Shown here in pieces: positions 10,529-22,734 of a DNA stretch of 45,825 bases. Positions within the stretch are counted from its first letter, which is position 1. Each line of letters starts with the position of its first letter. The stretch is from NCBI RefSeq assembly GCF_003334765.1, contig NZ_QOWT01000032.1; one strand, written 5' to 3'. The notes under the pieces are model-generated. The model saw only the letters and a list, made by a program, of their open reading frames with translations, was not told where the DNA came from and did no database searches. The stretch is from Escherichia coli. GTDB taxonomy: Bacteria > Pseudomonadota > Gammaproteobacteria > Enterobacterales > Enterobacteriaceae. The translations under genes and the position numbers were made by a program.

Positions 10529-13162
10529 TCAGGCAAGCCGGTAACTGAACGTCCGTGACTGGCCGGGTAAAAAAGGCCCCGATAGATTTGAACCTTGATT
10601 TTCCTCGGTGGTAATGTGTTCATCCATCATCGTTTCTGAGCAAGAAATCACCTCGCGACTGAAAGCAACAGTCGCATCACAGGTTGCTGATTCAGCCGGA
10701 TTAAACAGCCGTAAAATCACTTCTTGTCGGTCTTCAGCTTTCTTAAGTGCGCTTATCAGGCATCCCACTGGGGGCATTTTCAACAAACTATAACTTTCCG
10801 GCACGTTGAATCCGGCTTTGTTGAGCTTCATCACATCCCATGGGATTTTGTTGTAACACTGTACTGGAGTCAGCCATGCTCGCGCCTGCTGAGCTACACC
10901 AGCGGCGGTTGGCGTACCGGTATAACTCAATAAACTTAGGCGACAAGAAAGCAGACCACGTAGTTGTGAGTCCGGGACTGGCATTTTAATTCCCGAAGGC
11001 CGCCCAGGCCTTAAAAGCAGATCTTCTTTGCCCAGTAAGCCCACGCCACGCAGCAACGTAATGGCAAAGGTTTTCTTCTCTTCACCGATGACTTCAAATT
11101 CACGTAACCCTTCGCTAAAGACAGCCATGCCGTTACGCCCTTCCTGTAAGGCAACATAGTTGAGCATATTCCATACCGGAACCGGCGCTTCTTTCCAGCC
11201 TTCTTGCTGCCAGTTGTTCATTGCACTGTCGTTCACGGGGCGCGTTAGCGAACCAAACTGCGTATCTGCCAGAACACTGTCGGTGTTAAAAGGTGTAGGG
11301 ACCAGGACACGAAGGCGATGATCGTCAGCCTGGTTATCAAGATTGATATCCACATCAATACGCCTGCTGTTATGACTAAGAGTGACAACCAACACCACCC
11401 CTACTCTGCCAGTGGATTGCCGGGCGCTGCGTTCTGACAAATTGAGCGGCACTGCCATGTCATAGCGGATAACAGCCCTGCTCTGCCAGGCTTCATGAAT
11501 AATATCGCATTGCGGTTTCGCGTTCGCTGCGGTAATTACCCACTCTTCTTTTGCGGGTGAATAGTCATATTCATCACCATCATCAGAGCTTTCTTCAATT
11601 TGCAATACCCGGTCATAGCGCACACCGCTGTCTTTATCTACCAGTTGCAGAGAACCATCCTCATTGAGCGCAATTTGCCAGAAAGCATTTTCCAGTATCC
11701 CTTCAGCGTCACTTTTTGCCGCAATTACGTTGCCAGGCTGATTCGCTTCGATATAAAGCGTGCGATAGCCCATAGAAGGGACAATCTGGTTGATCTGTAT
11801 ATCAAACTCCATAAAGGGATCGTAATTACCGTAATGAACTATTTGCCGATCGATTAGGCCTGGATCGATCTCACGGGCATGGCGAATAAAATACGGTACA
11901 GGCTGACCGCGATCGTCCCGCAAATTAAACTGGCTGGCGCGCAGCCGCACAGTGGTGTTGATAACTTCTTCACGCGGCCAGGGCATCAGGTTAAACAGGA
12001 CGAGTTTGTCGGCGTCGCTCTGCGGCATGTTGTCGGCAATTTTGCGCATGTAGAAACGAATCAGATTATCCGCCATGTCTTCAGCCAGTTCGAAGCGGGC
12101 GACGATTTCGCGATGAACTTTGTCACTACAGCAGCAGCCGATACTGTCGTGGGCATGATTTTTTAAGATCTCTTTCCACATTTTCTCCAGCAAGCCGTGG
12201 TGGTATTCAAAACCCAACGTCCAGGCCAGTGTTGCCAGCGGTTCCAGCAGATTAACAATCTTATTTTCAATACGCGCGTGGGCAATTTTGATATCCATAC
12301 GCGTAGAACCGATGGTGCGATGCACGCGCATATATTTGCCATCAATAAATTCCCCTTTCAGGGTTGCCAGATTATCTCGCTGCGCTTCGATCTTCTCAAA
12401 TACCTCTTCAAAGCGGCTCATCACAAACTTACGTTGAGGGTAGATCTCACGTAGCTTATCCATCACTTCGAAGATATTTTGCTGCAATGGCATCTGGTCA
12501 TGCCCATTCGGCAGCAAAATCTCTTTGGTTACAGACGCTTTTTCCAGCACGTCAAAATAACTGTCGAGGCGTTTACGTAATCCGTTTTCGTCGGCAGGTA
12601 AGTACTTACCGATGGCGTAGCCCAGCGGCAGCACCTGCGCCGTCACTTCGCTACCGTCACTGCTTTGCCACAAAAACTCGGTTTTATCAGTACCGTGGCG
12701 CTCCGAACATCCGCGCCAGAACATGGTGCGGGTAATGCCAAATCCATTGTAGATATGCGGCAGTTGCCCGGACATGCCAAAGGAATCTGGTAAATAACCT
12801 ATTTTCATCGGCTCGCCAAACGCGAGGCAGTCACGCATTCCGTACATCAGATTACGGACGATGGATTCCGCAGAAACAATCGTGGTATCGGTCTGGGTAT
12901 ACCAGGGGCCGATAATCAACTTGCCGGCTTCTACCTGTTTCTTCACACGGTCTTTGTTTTCCGGTTTCACCGCGAAATAATCTTCGAGGATCGCCGTTTG
13001 CCCGTCGAGTACGTAATATTTGTATTCGTTGTCCTGTTCCAGTCGGCACAGGATCTCTTCCATATTATTGACCAGCAGAATACGTGACTCTTCGGTGGTG
13101 AAATACCACTCTCGATCCCAGTGCATATGCGGGGTGATGTGAACGCGAGATACTGCTTTCAT
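10529..13162 (-). CDS. mngB: Alpha-mannosidase MngB (GH38; mannosyl-D-glycerate hydrolase)
   Basis: 877-aa ORF with GH38 N-terminal signature. Confidence 0.93.
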
Positions 13163-13179
13163 CGTCGTTTCCTTTTTGT

Positions 13180-15156
13180 TTATGGCATTACGCCATCAGT
13201 CAGATAGTTGCCATGCTTAACCGCGTGACGCCGCCACATCAGGAGAATTGCAGTCGAGATTGCAGCCCCCACCAATGCCGCGCCAAACCAGCCAATTGCC
13301 GCCATAACACCGCCCGCGCCATTATCATGAAGTAAAAAGAGCGAGAAAATGCCGGCACCGGGTGTCGAAAGGCCGATATTCATCGCACCGACAATAGCGC
13401 CCGTTACCATAGAGCCCAGCACAAACGAACCAATAACCCGCAGCGGATCTTCAATCGCCATCGGGATCGCCCCTTCGGTAATACCTGCCAGCCCTAACAG
13501 CCAGGTGGATTTCCCGGTCTCAATTTCAAACTCTTTAAACAGGCGCGGTGCGAGCATCGTGGAAGCGGTTACGGTAAATGCCGAAACCATTTTGACGGAG
13601 GCGAAAATGGCATACGGGCCGTAAACGCCGTTCGCCATTGCGCCCAGGCAGAATGCATAAGCGGCTTTATTCACTGGCCCTCCAAGGTCAAAGGAACACA
13701 TAAAACCGAGAATGGCACCCAGCAACAGCGCGTTACTTCCTGACAGACCGTTCAGCCAGGCGGTAAGCGAGTTATTGATCCAGGCGACAGGTTCCCCCAC
13801 CACAAACAGCATCAGACTGCCCGCTCCCAACGTACCGAGCACCGGGTAGAGATAAAAAGTCAGGAATCCATTGAATTTACTGCTAAGACGCAAGTGATTT
13901 TTCACCCAGCGCATCAAGTAACCGGCTATCAATCCGCCAACGACCGCGCCGAGAAACCCGGAGCCGATCATGTTGGCGGCAAGTCCAGCCGCAAAGCCTG
14001 GCGCTAACGCCGGTTTATCTGCCAGAGAATAGGCGGTATAGGCCGCGAGCACCGGTACCATCAAAATTCCGAGCAGCCCGCCGCCCAGCTTGCGGTACAT
14101 CCACAGCCAGGAGTTTTCTTCATTAAACAGATCTTGTAGCCCGAAGATTTGCGACAGTAATACCGCGACCGCCAGCACCGTGCCCCCCGCGACAATCAAC
14201 GGTACGGCAAAAGAGATTCCGCTCAACAGTGCCTGTTTCAGCTCCGTTTTGACACTTTTCACCGGTTGCGTATCTTGCTGTACGGTACGCGTCTCATCGC
14301 TACGCTTGAGGGTAAGCGCTTGTTGGATCAACGCTTCTGCATGGCGAATCGGCTCGGCAACAGGCACTGAAAGCGCGGGAATGCCATTAAAACGCTCACT
14401 CTCCTTGATGGCGACTTCAGCCGCAAAAATACAGGCGGTTGCACTATTGAGTTGATCCGCCGTTAAACGCCCTTCAATGCCGTTAGCGCCTTGTTTTTCA
14501 ACGTAAACATTTACGCCGAGTTTGCGTCCGGCTTTTTCCAGATATTCCGCAGCCATATAGGTGTGAGCAATACCCGCCGGACAGGCCGTTACGCAGACGA
14601 TAGTTGGCGCGTTGGAAAAAGAGGCAGAAGGTTGCGTGCCTCCCTTGTCATCCAGCGCCGAGAGCAACTCATCAGGCGTCGTCGCCGACTGTATACGCGC
14701 CCGAATCTCATCATCCGCAAGGCGCGTGGTCAGCGCTGTCAGCAGTTGCATATGCGTAGTACCCGCTTCATTGGGGGGAATCGCCAGCAGCACCACTAAA
14801 TCAACTGCTTCCGGGCCATCAACGCCTTCCCACTGAAGCGGCTCGCTGAGTGTGGCGACCGCAAACGCCGCTTCTTTTACCGCAGCAGTTTTGCCATGCG
14901 GCACAGCCAACCCTTCACCTAAGGCGGTCGGGCCAAGGCTTTCACGGCGATACACTTCTTCCAGAAATTGCTCAGTACTGGAAATTTTCCCCAGAGCAGC
15001 AAGACGTTGAGTCAACGCGTGGATGGCCTCTTCACGGCTGGTAAAGCGCGCATTCAGACACAACGCATCGCGGTGGGTCAGAGTCGTCAGATTCATCATG
15101 ATCCTCACTTGATCGTTTTTATAGTCGCGCCAGTGTGCCCGATAAAACAATACCAT
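13180..15156 (-). CDS. mngA: PTS 2-O-alpha-mannosyl-D-glycerate-specific EIIABC component MngA (true start possibly at 15096)
   Basis: 658-aa longest ORF with EIIA, EIIB ([17 protein letters not shown]) and EIIC domains; the ATG at 15094-15096 has a GAGGA Shine-Dalgarno, the ORF start at 15156 has none. Confidence 0.9.
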
Positions 15157-15264
15157 TATGTGATCAATTTCACTTGATTGAAATTATTTGTATTGTATTT
15201 GTATTATTTACAGGATGAATTTATCGGGCATAATGGTTAAATTCGTATTAATGAGATACTAAAA
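15097..15264. promoter_or_regulatory. mngR-mngA divergent control region with repeated motifs (probable MngR operators)
   Basis: gcccgataaa (15137-15146) / tttatcgggc (15220-15229) inverted 10-mers; ccattatg / cataatgg; aatttca-N6-tgaaatt palindrome; tgtatt x3. Confidence 0.55.
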
Positions 15265-15987
15265 ATGGGACACAAGCCCTTATACCGGCAGATTGCCGAT
15301 CGCATTCGTGAACAAATTGCGCGTGGCGAGCTTAAACCTGGCGATGCGTTACCCACTGAATCAGCGCTACAAACAGAGTTTGGCGTCAGCCGGGTTACGG
15401 TGCGTCAGGCTTTGCGCCAGCTAGTCGAGCAGCAGATCCTCGAAAGCATTCAGGGCAGCGGGACTTACGTCAAAGAAGAGCGGGTCAATTACGATATTTT
15501 TCAGTTAACCAGTTTTGATGAAAAACTGTCGGACCGTCACGTCGATACACACAGTGAAGTTCTGATATTCGAAGTGATTCCGGCTGACGATTTTCTTCAG
15601 CAACAGCTACAAATCACCCCGCAGGATCGTGTGTGGCATGTGAAGCGCGTGCGCTATCGCAAGCAAAAGCCAATGGCGCTGGAAGAAACCTGGATGCCGC
15701 TTGCGTTGTTCCCGGATCTCACCTGGCAGGTCATGGAAAATTCGAAATATCACTTTATCGAAGAAGTGAAGAAAATGGTTATCGATCGTAGCGAACAGGA
15801 AATCATTCCTCTGATGCCAACCGAAGAGATGAGCCGTCTGCTTAATATCAGCCAGACAAAGCCGATTCTTGAAAAAGTATCGCGTGGATATTTAGTTGAT
15901 GGTCGGGTGTTTGAATATAGCCGCAACGCTTTTAATACCGATGACTATAAATTTACCCTGATAGCGCAGCGAAAATCATCGCGATAA
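15265..15987 (+). CDS. mngR: GntR/HutC-family transcriptional repressor MngR (FarR)
   Basis: 240-aa ORF with N-terminal GntR winged HTH and UTRA-like C-terminal domain. Confidence 0.93.
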   Translation: MGHKPLYRQIADRIREQIARGELKPGDALPTESALQTEFGVSRVTVRQALRQLVEQQILESIQGSGTYVKEERVNYDIFQLTSFDEKLSDRHVDTHSEVLIFEVIPADDFLQQQLQITPQDRVWHVKRVRYRKQKPMALEETWMPLALFPDLTWQVMENSKYHFIEEVKKMVIDRSEQEIIPLMPTEEMSRLLNISQTKPILEKVSRGYLVDGRVFEYSRNAFNTDDYKFTLIAQRKSSR

Positions 15988-15991
15988 GCAC

Positions 15992-16015
15992 AAAAAAGGC
16001 CATCATACGATGGCC
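15992..16015 (-). terminator. Rho-independent terminator of the sucABCD transcript and SdhX
   Basis: Hairpin ggccatc-atac-gatggcc (15998-16015) followed on the minus strand by TTTTTT. Confidence 0.8.
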
Positions 16016-16090
16016 AACCATGTCGAAACCGACAGCCCTTCGCCATTCCTGTAGAGGGAAGCGGCGAGGGCTATTTCTTATTACAGATAT
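15992..16090 (-). ncRNA. sdhX: 3'UTR-derived sRNA SdhX (RybD) following sucD
   Basis: About 100-nt 3'UTR between sucD stop and the terminator; identity from established knowledge of this locus, sequence not independently verified. Confidence 0.55.
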
Positions 16091-16960
16091 TTATTTCAGA
16101 ACAGTTTTCAGTGCTTCACCGATATCCGCCAGGCTGCGAACGGTTTTCACGCCTGCGGCTTCCAGAGCAGCGAATTTCTCATCCGCAGTCCCTTTCCCAC
16201 CGGCAATGATGGCACCCGCGTGGCCCATACGTTTGCCTTTCGGCGCAGTCACACCAGCGATGTAACCCACAACTGGCTTGGTAACGTGCTCTTTGATGTA
16301 CGCAGCTGCTTCTTCTTCAGCGCTACCGCCGATCTCACCGATCATCACGATCGCTTCGGTCTGCGGATCTTTTTCGAACATTTCGAGAATGTCGATAAAG
16401 TTAGAGCCCGGGATCGGGTCACCGCCGATACCGACACAGGTCGACTGACCGAAACCGTAATCCGTGGTCTGTTTAACCGCTTCATAGGTCAGTGTACCGG
16501 AACGGGAAACGATACCCACTTTACCCGGTTTGTGAATGTGACCAGGCTGGATACCGATTTTGCATTCACCCGGAGTGATAACGCCTGGGCAGTTCGGGCC
16601 GATCATACGAACGCCTGCTTCATCCAGCTTCACTTTCACGGTCAGCATATCCAGCGTCGGGATGCCTTCAGTGATGGTGATAATCAGTTTGATGCCTGCG
16701 TCGATGGCTTCCAGAATGGAGTCTTTGCAGAACGGTGCTGGTACGTAGATAACAGAAGCGGTAGCGCCAGTGGCAGCAACGGCTTCACGCACGGTGTTGA
16801 ACACCGGCAGGCCGAGGTGGGTGGTGCCGCCTTTACCTGGGGTTACGCCGCCAACCATTTTAGTGCCGTATGCAATGGCCTGTTCTGAGTGGAAAGTCCC
16901 CTGGCTACCGGTAAAGCCCTGGCAGATAACCTTGGTGTTTTTATCGATTAAAATGGACAT
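16091..16960 (-). CDS. sucD: Succinyl-CoA synthetase alpha subunit
   Basis: 289-aa [31 protein letters not shown]... Confidence 0.97.
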
Positions 16961-18126
16961 TATTTCCCCTCCACTGCGGCAACAACCTGCTGAGCTGCAT
17001 CCGTCAGACCTTTTGCTGCAATAATATTCAGGCCGCTGTCAGCCAGTTTCTTCGCGCCGAGTTCGGCGTTGTTACCTTCCAGACGTACCACGACCGGTAC
17101 GTTAACACCCACTTCTGCTACCGCGCCGATGATACCGTCAGCGATCAGGTCGCAACGAACGATACCGCCGAAGATGTTAACCAGAACGGCTTTCACTTTG
17201 TCGTCAGAGAGGATGATTTTGAACGCTTCGGTTACACGTTCTTTGGTTGCGCCGCCGCCAACGTCAAGGAAGTTAGCCGGTTCGCCGCCGTGCAGTTTAA
17301 CGATGTCCATCGTACCCATCGCCAGACCTGCGCCGTTAACCATACAACCGATGTTACCGTCCAGCGCAACGTAGTTCAGTTCCCACTGTGCAGCCTGTGC
17401 TTCACGCGGATCTTCCTGCGACTGGTCACGCATTTCGCGCAGATCAGGCTGGCGGAACAGTGCGTTGCCGTCAGCGCCCAGTTTGCCGTCGAGGCAAATC
17501 AGATCGCCCTGTTTGGTGATGACCAGCGGGTTGATTTCGATCAACGCCAGGTCGCGCTCCAGGAAAATGGTCGCCAGGCCCATGAAGATTTTGGTGAACT
17601 GCTGAACCAGTTTACCTTCCAGACCCAGTTTGAACGCCAGCTCGCGTCCCTGATACGGCATCGGGCCAGTCAGCGGATCAAGCGCAACTTTATGGATCAG
17701 GTGCGGAGTTTCTTCCGCCACTTTTTCGATTTCCACGCCGCCTTCGGTGGAGGCCATAAAGACCACACGACGGGAACTACGGTCAACAACGGCACCGAGA
17801 TACAGCTCTTTAGCGATATCGGTCGCTGCTTCAACCAGAATCTGGTTAACCGGTTGGCCATTGGCATCTGTTTGATACGTTACCAGACGCTTGCCCAGCC
17901 AGTTTTCTGCAAAAGCACGGATGTCTTCTTTGCTGTTTACAACTTTCACACCGCCCGCTTTACCGCGGCCACCAGCGTGAACCTGACATTTCACTACCCA
18001 CGGACCGGCACCGATTTTTGAAGCGGCTTCTTCTGCTTCGCGCGGAGTAGTACAGGCATAACCCACCGGTGCTGGTAAGCCATAGCGGGCAAAAAGTTGT
18101 TTTGCCTGATATTCATGTAAGTTCAT
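16960..18126 (-). CDS. sucC: Succinyl-CoA synthetase beta subunit (ATP-grasp)
   Basis: 388-aa [21 protein letters not shown]...; 1-nt overlap with sucD. Confidence 0.97.
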
Positions 18127-18211
18127 GTGTTCTGTCCATCCTTCAGTAATCGTTATCTTTTAAACCGTAGACCGAATATTTCGTATCGCTTCCGGGCATT
18201 GTCGGTCACCC

Positions 18212-18378
18212 GTAGGCCTGATAAGACACGTTAAACGTCACATCAGGCATCGCTTGTCGGATGCGGCGCTAGCGCCTTATCCGACCTACATTGGTGGTCC
18301 CGTAGGCCTGATAAGACGCGTCAGCGTCGCATCAGGCTTCAATTGCCGGAGAAGGCGATAATGCCTTATCCGGTCTAC
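18212..18378. repeat. BIME: four alternating REP elements in the sucB-sucC intergenic region
   Basis: gtaggcctgataagacacg...catcaggc; cggatgcggcgctagcgccttatccgacctaca; second Y and Z copies follow. Confidence 0.85.
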
Positions 18379-18400
18379 AGTGCAGGTGAAACTTAAACTA

Positions 18401-19618
18401 CTACACGTCCAGCAGCAGACGCGTCGGATCTTCCAGCAACTCTTTGATCGTTACCAGGAAGCCCACGGATTCGCGACCATCGATCAGACGGTGATCGTAG
18501 GACAGCGCCAGGTACATCATCGGCAGGATCTCAACCTGACCATTCACCGCCATCGGACGATCTTTGATAGCGTGCATACCCAGAATTGCGCTCTGCGGCG
18601 GGTTGATGATCGGCGTAGACATCAGGGAACCGAACACACCACCGTTGGTGATGGTGAAGTTACCACCGGTCAGATCTTCAACGGTCAGCTTGCCGTCACG
18701 GCCTTTGACTGCCAGCTCTTTGATTTTCTTCTCGATGTCTGCCATGCCGAGGGTATCGACATCACGCAGAACCGGCGTCACCAGGCCGCGCGGCGTAGAA
18801 ACCGCCATGCTGACGTCGAAATAGTTGTGGTAAACCACGTCATCGCCGTCGATAGAAGCGTTCACTTCCGGGTAACGTTTCAGGGCTTCAACCACCGCTT
18901 TCACGTAGAAGGACATAAAGCCCAGACGGATGCCGTGGCGTTTTTCAAACGCTTCACCGTACTGCTTACGCAGATCCATAATCGGCTTCATGTTGACTTC
19001 GTTGAACGTGGTCAGCATGGCGGTGGAGTTTTTCGCTTCCAGCAGACGCTCTGCCACACGCTTACGCAGGCGAGTCATCGGGACACGTTTTTCACTACGT
19101 GCAGCCAGAGCCGGTTGCGCCGCCGGAGCAGCCGCTGCCGGAGCAGACTCTTTCGCCGGGGCTTTCGCCAGATGTTTTTCCACATCTTCACGAGTCAGAC
19201 GACCACCCACACCGGTGCCTTTAATGGCGCTGGCGTCGAGATTGTGTTCAGCCAGCAGGCGACGGATCGCCGGGCTTAACGCATCGTTGTTTTGCTCTTC
19301 CAGAGACGCCTGCTGGCGTTGCGCCGGAGTGGACGCTTTCTCTTCAGATTTGGCGCTGGTTTCTTTACCGGCGCTGTTGCCTTCACGCAGGCGACCAAGG
19401 ATCTGACGAGACGTTACCGTTGTACCTTCATCTTCCAGAACCGCATCCAGAATGCCGTCTGCTGATGCCGGTACTTCCAGTACCACTTTGTCAGTTTCGA
19501 TTTCTACCAGCACTTCATCACGTACGACTGCGTCGCCGGGTTTTTTATGCCAGGTTGCGACGGTGGCATCGGCTACGGATTCAGGCAGGTCAGGGACCAG
19601 AATATCTACGCTACTCAT
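18401..19618 (-). CDS. sucB: 2-oxoglutarate dehydrogenase E2 (dihydrolipoyllysine succinyltransferase)
   Basis: 405-aa ORF with lipoyl domain (ETDKVVLEV) and catalytic domain. Confidence 0.97.
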
Positions 19619-19632
19619 TGTGTATCCTTTAT

Positions 19633-22434
19633 TTATTCGACGTTCAGCGCGTCATTAACCAGATCTTGTTGCTGTTTCTGGTGAACGGACATATACCCTA
19701 CCGCCGGAGAGGCGGAGGCCGGGCGGCCTGCATAACGCAGAGAAGCCCCAAACGGAATCACTTCACGGAAATGATGCTGGCTGCAGTACCATGCGCCCTG
19801 GTTGAGCGGCTCTTCCTGGCACCAGACAAAATCCTTGACGTGAGCAAACTGCTGCAACACTTCCTGCATCGCTTTATGCGGGAACGGGTAGAGTTGCTCG
19901 ATACGCACAATGGCGACATCGTGTTGATTGTTCTTACGACGCTGTTCCAGCAGGTCGTAATAAACCTTACCAGAACACATCACTACGCGCTTCACGCCCT
20001 TCGGATCAAGCTCGTCGATTTCACCGATGGCTGGCAGGAAGGTGCCGTTCGCCAGTTCTTCGAGGCTGGAAACCGCCAGCGGATGACGCAGCAGGGATTT
20101 CGGCGACATCACGACCAGCGGACGACGCATCCCGCGCAGCGCCTGACGACGCAGCATGTGGTAAACCTGTGCCGGGGTAGACGGTACGCAAACCTGCATG
20201 TTTTGCTCAGCACAAAGTTGCAGATAACGTTCCAGACGCGCGGAGGAGTGCTCCGGCCCCTGCCCTTCGTAACCGTGCGGCAGCAACATCACCAGACCAC
20301 ACATCCGGCCCCATTTCTGTTCGCCAGAGGAGATGAACTGGTCGATAACCACCTGCGCACCGTTGGCGAAGTCACCGAACTGCGCTTCCCAGATGGTCAG
20401 AGTGCGTGGTTCTGCGGTGGCATAACCATATTCAAACGCCAGCACTGCTTCTTCAGACAGTACGGAGTCCCAGACACGGAACGCGCCCTGCCCGTTATGG
20501 ATATGTTGCAGCGGCGTGTAAGTGGAACCGTTAGACTGGTTGTGGATCACCGCGTGGCGGTGGAAGAAGGTACCGCGACCGGAGTCTTCACCCGACAGGC
20601 GAACCGGAATGCCTTCATCAACCAGCGTGGCGTAAGCGAGGTTTTCCGCACCGCCCCAGTCGAACAGTTTCTCACCGGCAGCCATCGCCTGGCGATCGCC
20701 ATAAATCTTGGCAACGCGAGACTGCATTTCAACTGCTTCCGGCACCGTGCTGATGCGTTTCGCCAGCTCCTGCAGGCGCTTCATCTCAACTTTGTTCGGG
20801 TACTCTTCGTCCCATTCGTGGTTGAGGTACGGCGACCAGGTGAAAGAGTGCATGTTCATCGGACGCCACTCTGCCACTACGCAATCGCCAGCATCCAGCG
20901 CATCGCGGTACAGGTTAACCATCTCGGTGGCATCTTCCAGCGTCGCCACTTTTTCCTGCTCCAGCTTGTCAGCGTAGATTTTGCGCGGTGTCGGATGTTT
21001 TTTGATTTTCTGATACATCAGCGGCTGGGTTGCGCTCGGCTCGTCGGCTTCGTTGTGGCCGTGACGGCGGTAGCACACCAGGTCGATGAAGACATCACGT
21101 TTAAAGGTGTTACGGAAATCGAGCGCCAGACGGGTCACAAAGGCAACGGCTTCCGGATCGTCCGCGTTAACGTGGAAAATCGGGGCCTGAACCATCTTAC
21201 CGATATCAGTACAGTACGGCGTAGAACGGGCATCCAGCGGATTAGAGGTGGTGAAACCAACCTGGTTGTTGATAACGATACGTACCGTACCGCCAACTTC
21301 ATAACCACGCGCTTTCGACATGTTCAGGGTTTCCTGAACCACGCCCTGCCCGGTCACTGCGGCGTCACCGTGGATGGTGATTGGCAGCACTTTGTTGCTG
21401 CTCGGCTCATCAAGTCTGTCCAGACGGGCACGAACAGAACCGATAACTACCGGGCTTACAATCTCAAGGTGAGACGGGTTAAACGCCAGCGCCAGGTGCA
21501 CCAGGCCGCCATCGGTCTGGAAGTCAGACGAGAAGCCCATGTGGTATTTCACGTCACCCGTGCCGAGGTGTTCTTTATGTTTACCGGCGAACTCGTCGAA
21601 CAAGTCTTGCGGTTTTTTACCCAGCACGTTCACCAGCACGTTCAGACGACCACGGTGCGCCATCCCGAGAACCACTTCGCGGGTGCCGCTGTTGCCAGCG
21701 TGGCGGATCATCTCTTTAAGCATCGGGATTAACGCGTCACCGCCTTCCAGCGAGAAGCGTTTTGCGCCAGGGAATTTTGCGCCGAGGTAACGTTCAAGAC
21801 CTTCAGCGGCGGTCAGTTCGCTTAAGAAGCGTTTTTTCTCTTCGCTATTGAAAGTCGCGCGACCAGACTCGATACGCTGTTGGATCCAGCGTTTTTCTTC
21901 GGTGCTGGTAATGTGCATATACTCGGCACCAATCGGGCCGCAGTAGGTTTGCTTGAGGGCTTCCAGCAGCTCGCCGAGTTTCATGGTTTCTTTGCCGCTG
22001 GCAAATGAACCGACGTTGAAGGTCTCCTGGAAGTCTGCTTCGGTCAGATCGTGGAAAGACGGATCCAGATCGGCCACTTTATCTTGCTGCCACAGTCCCA
22101 GCGGATCGAGATTCGCATGCTGGTGACCACGGAAGCGGTATGCGTTAATGAGCTGCAGGACTTTAACCTGCTTCACATTGGTGTCAGGGTCGGAGATCGT
22201 TGAAGAGTAACGTGAAGCGTCTTTCGCCAGGCGGCGGAAATATTCACGCGTTTGAGAGTGGAATTGATCCGGTTTGACTCCCGTACCAGGTAACTGCTGG
22301 AACGTCGAACGCCAGTTAGCGTCAACCGAGTCAGGATCGGTTAAGAAGTCTTCATAGAGCTGTTCTATCCAGCTCTGGTTTGCGCCAGAGAGGTAAGAAG
22401 AGTCCAACCAGGCTTTCAAAGCGCTGTTCTGCAT
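19633..22434 (-). CDS. sucA: 2-oxoglutarate dehydrogenase E1 component
   Basis: 933-aa [33 protein letters not shown]... Confidence 0.97.
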   Translation of the reverse strand: MQNSALKAWLDSSYLSGANQSWIEQLYEDFLTDPDSVDANWRSTFQQLPGTGVKPDQFHSQTREYFRRLAKDASRYSSTISDPDTNVKQVKVLQLINAYRFRGHQHANLDPLGLWQQDKVADLDPSFHDLTEADFQETFNVGSFASGKETMKLGELLEALKQTYCGPIGAEYMHITSTEEKRWIQQRIESGRATFNSEEKKRFLSELTAAEGLERYLGAKFPGAKRFSLEGGDALIPMLKEMIRHAGNSGTREVVLGMAHRGRLNVLVNVLGKKPQDLFDEFAGKHKEHLGTGDVKYHMGFSSDFQTDGGLVHLALAFNPSHLEIVSPVVIGSVRARLDRLDEPSSNKVLPITIHGDAAVTGQGVVQETLNMSKARGYEVGGTVRIVINNQVGFTTSNPLDARSTPYCTDIGKMVQAPIFHVNADDPEAVAFVTRLALDFRNTFKRDVFIDLVCYRRHGHNEADEPSATQPLMYQKIKKHPTPRKIYADKLEQEKVATLEDATEMVNLYRDALDAGDCVVAEWRPMNMHSFTWSPYLNHEWDEEYPNKVEMKRLQELAKRISTVPEAVEMQSRVAKIYGDRQAMAAGEKLFDWGGAENLAYATLVDEGIPVRLSGEDSGRGTFFHRHAVIHNQSNGSTYTPLQHIHNGQGAFRVWDSVLSEEAVLAFEYGYATAEPRTLTIWEAQFGDFANGAQVVIDQFISSGEQKWGRMCGLVMLLPHGYEGQGPEHSSARLERYLQLCAEQNMQVCVPSTPAQVYHMLRRQALRGMRRPLVVMSPKSLLRHPLAVSSLEELANGTFLPAIGEIDELDPKGVKRVVMCSGKVYYDLLEQRRKNNQHDVAIVRIEQLYPFPHKAMQEVLQQFAHVKDFVWCQEEPLNQGAWYCSQHHFREVIPFGASLRYAGRPASASPAVGYMSVHQKQQQDLVNDALNVE

Positions 22435-22613
22435 CGTGATCCCTTAAGCATCTTTTTTATGCTTACTTCGCCGTGGATACTACCACGCACAGTGATGTGC
22501 GTGCCGGGGTTCACTTGCGAGCTCTTGTCTACGTAGTGGCTCGCGAAGGAACCTTTAAAAACTGTCTTAGTGTCAGGGGCAGTTTTTAAAGATTTCCTGC
22601 ATTTCTTTGTTAC

Positions 22614-22731
22614 GCCTGATGCGCTGCGCTTATCAGGCCTACGGGTAATGACTTGTAGGCCGGATAAGGCGTTCACGCCGCATCCGGCACTGGTTGCCTG
22701 ATGCGACGCTTGCGCGTCTTATCAGGCCTAC
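22614..22731. repeat. BIME: three REP elements in the sdhB-sucA intergenic region
   Basis: gcctgatgcgctgcgcttatcaggcctac; gtaggccggataaggcgttcacgccgcatccggca; gcctgatgcgacgcttgcgcgtcttatcaggcctac. Confidence 0.85.
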
Positions 22732-22734
22732 GGT

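Noticed and set aside
19420-21732. 770-aa ORF on the plus strand inside sucA
   Set aside because: Antisense to a confidently identified, highly conserved gene; Arg/His/Val/Gln-rich translation with no recognisable domain. Long antisense ORFs are expected opposite GC-rich coding sequence. The same applies to 23566-25263 (opposite sdhA), 6929-8209 and 8336-9274 (opposite cydB/cydA), 18380-19279, 17290-18021 and 16220-16888 (opposite sucB/C/D).
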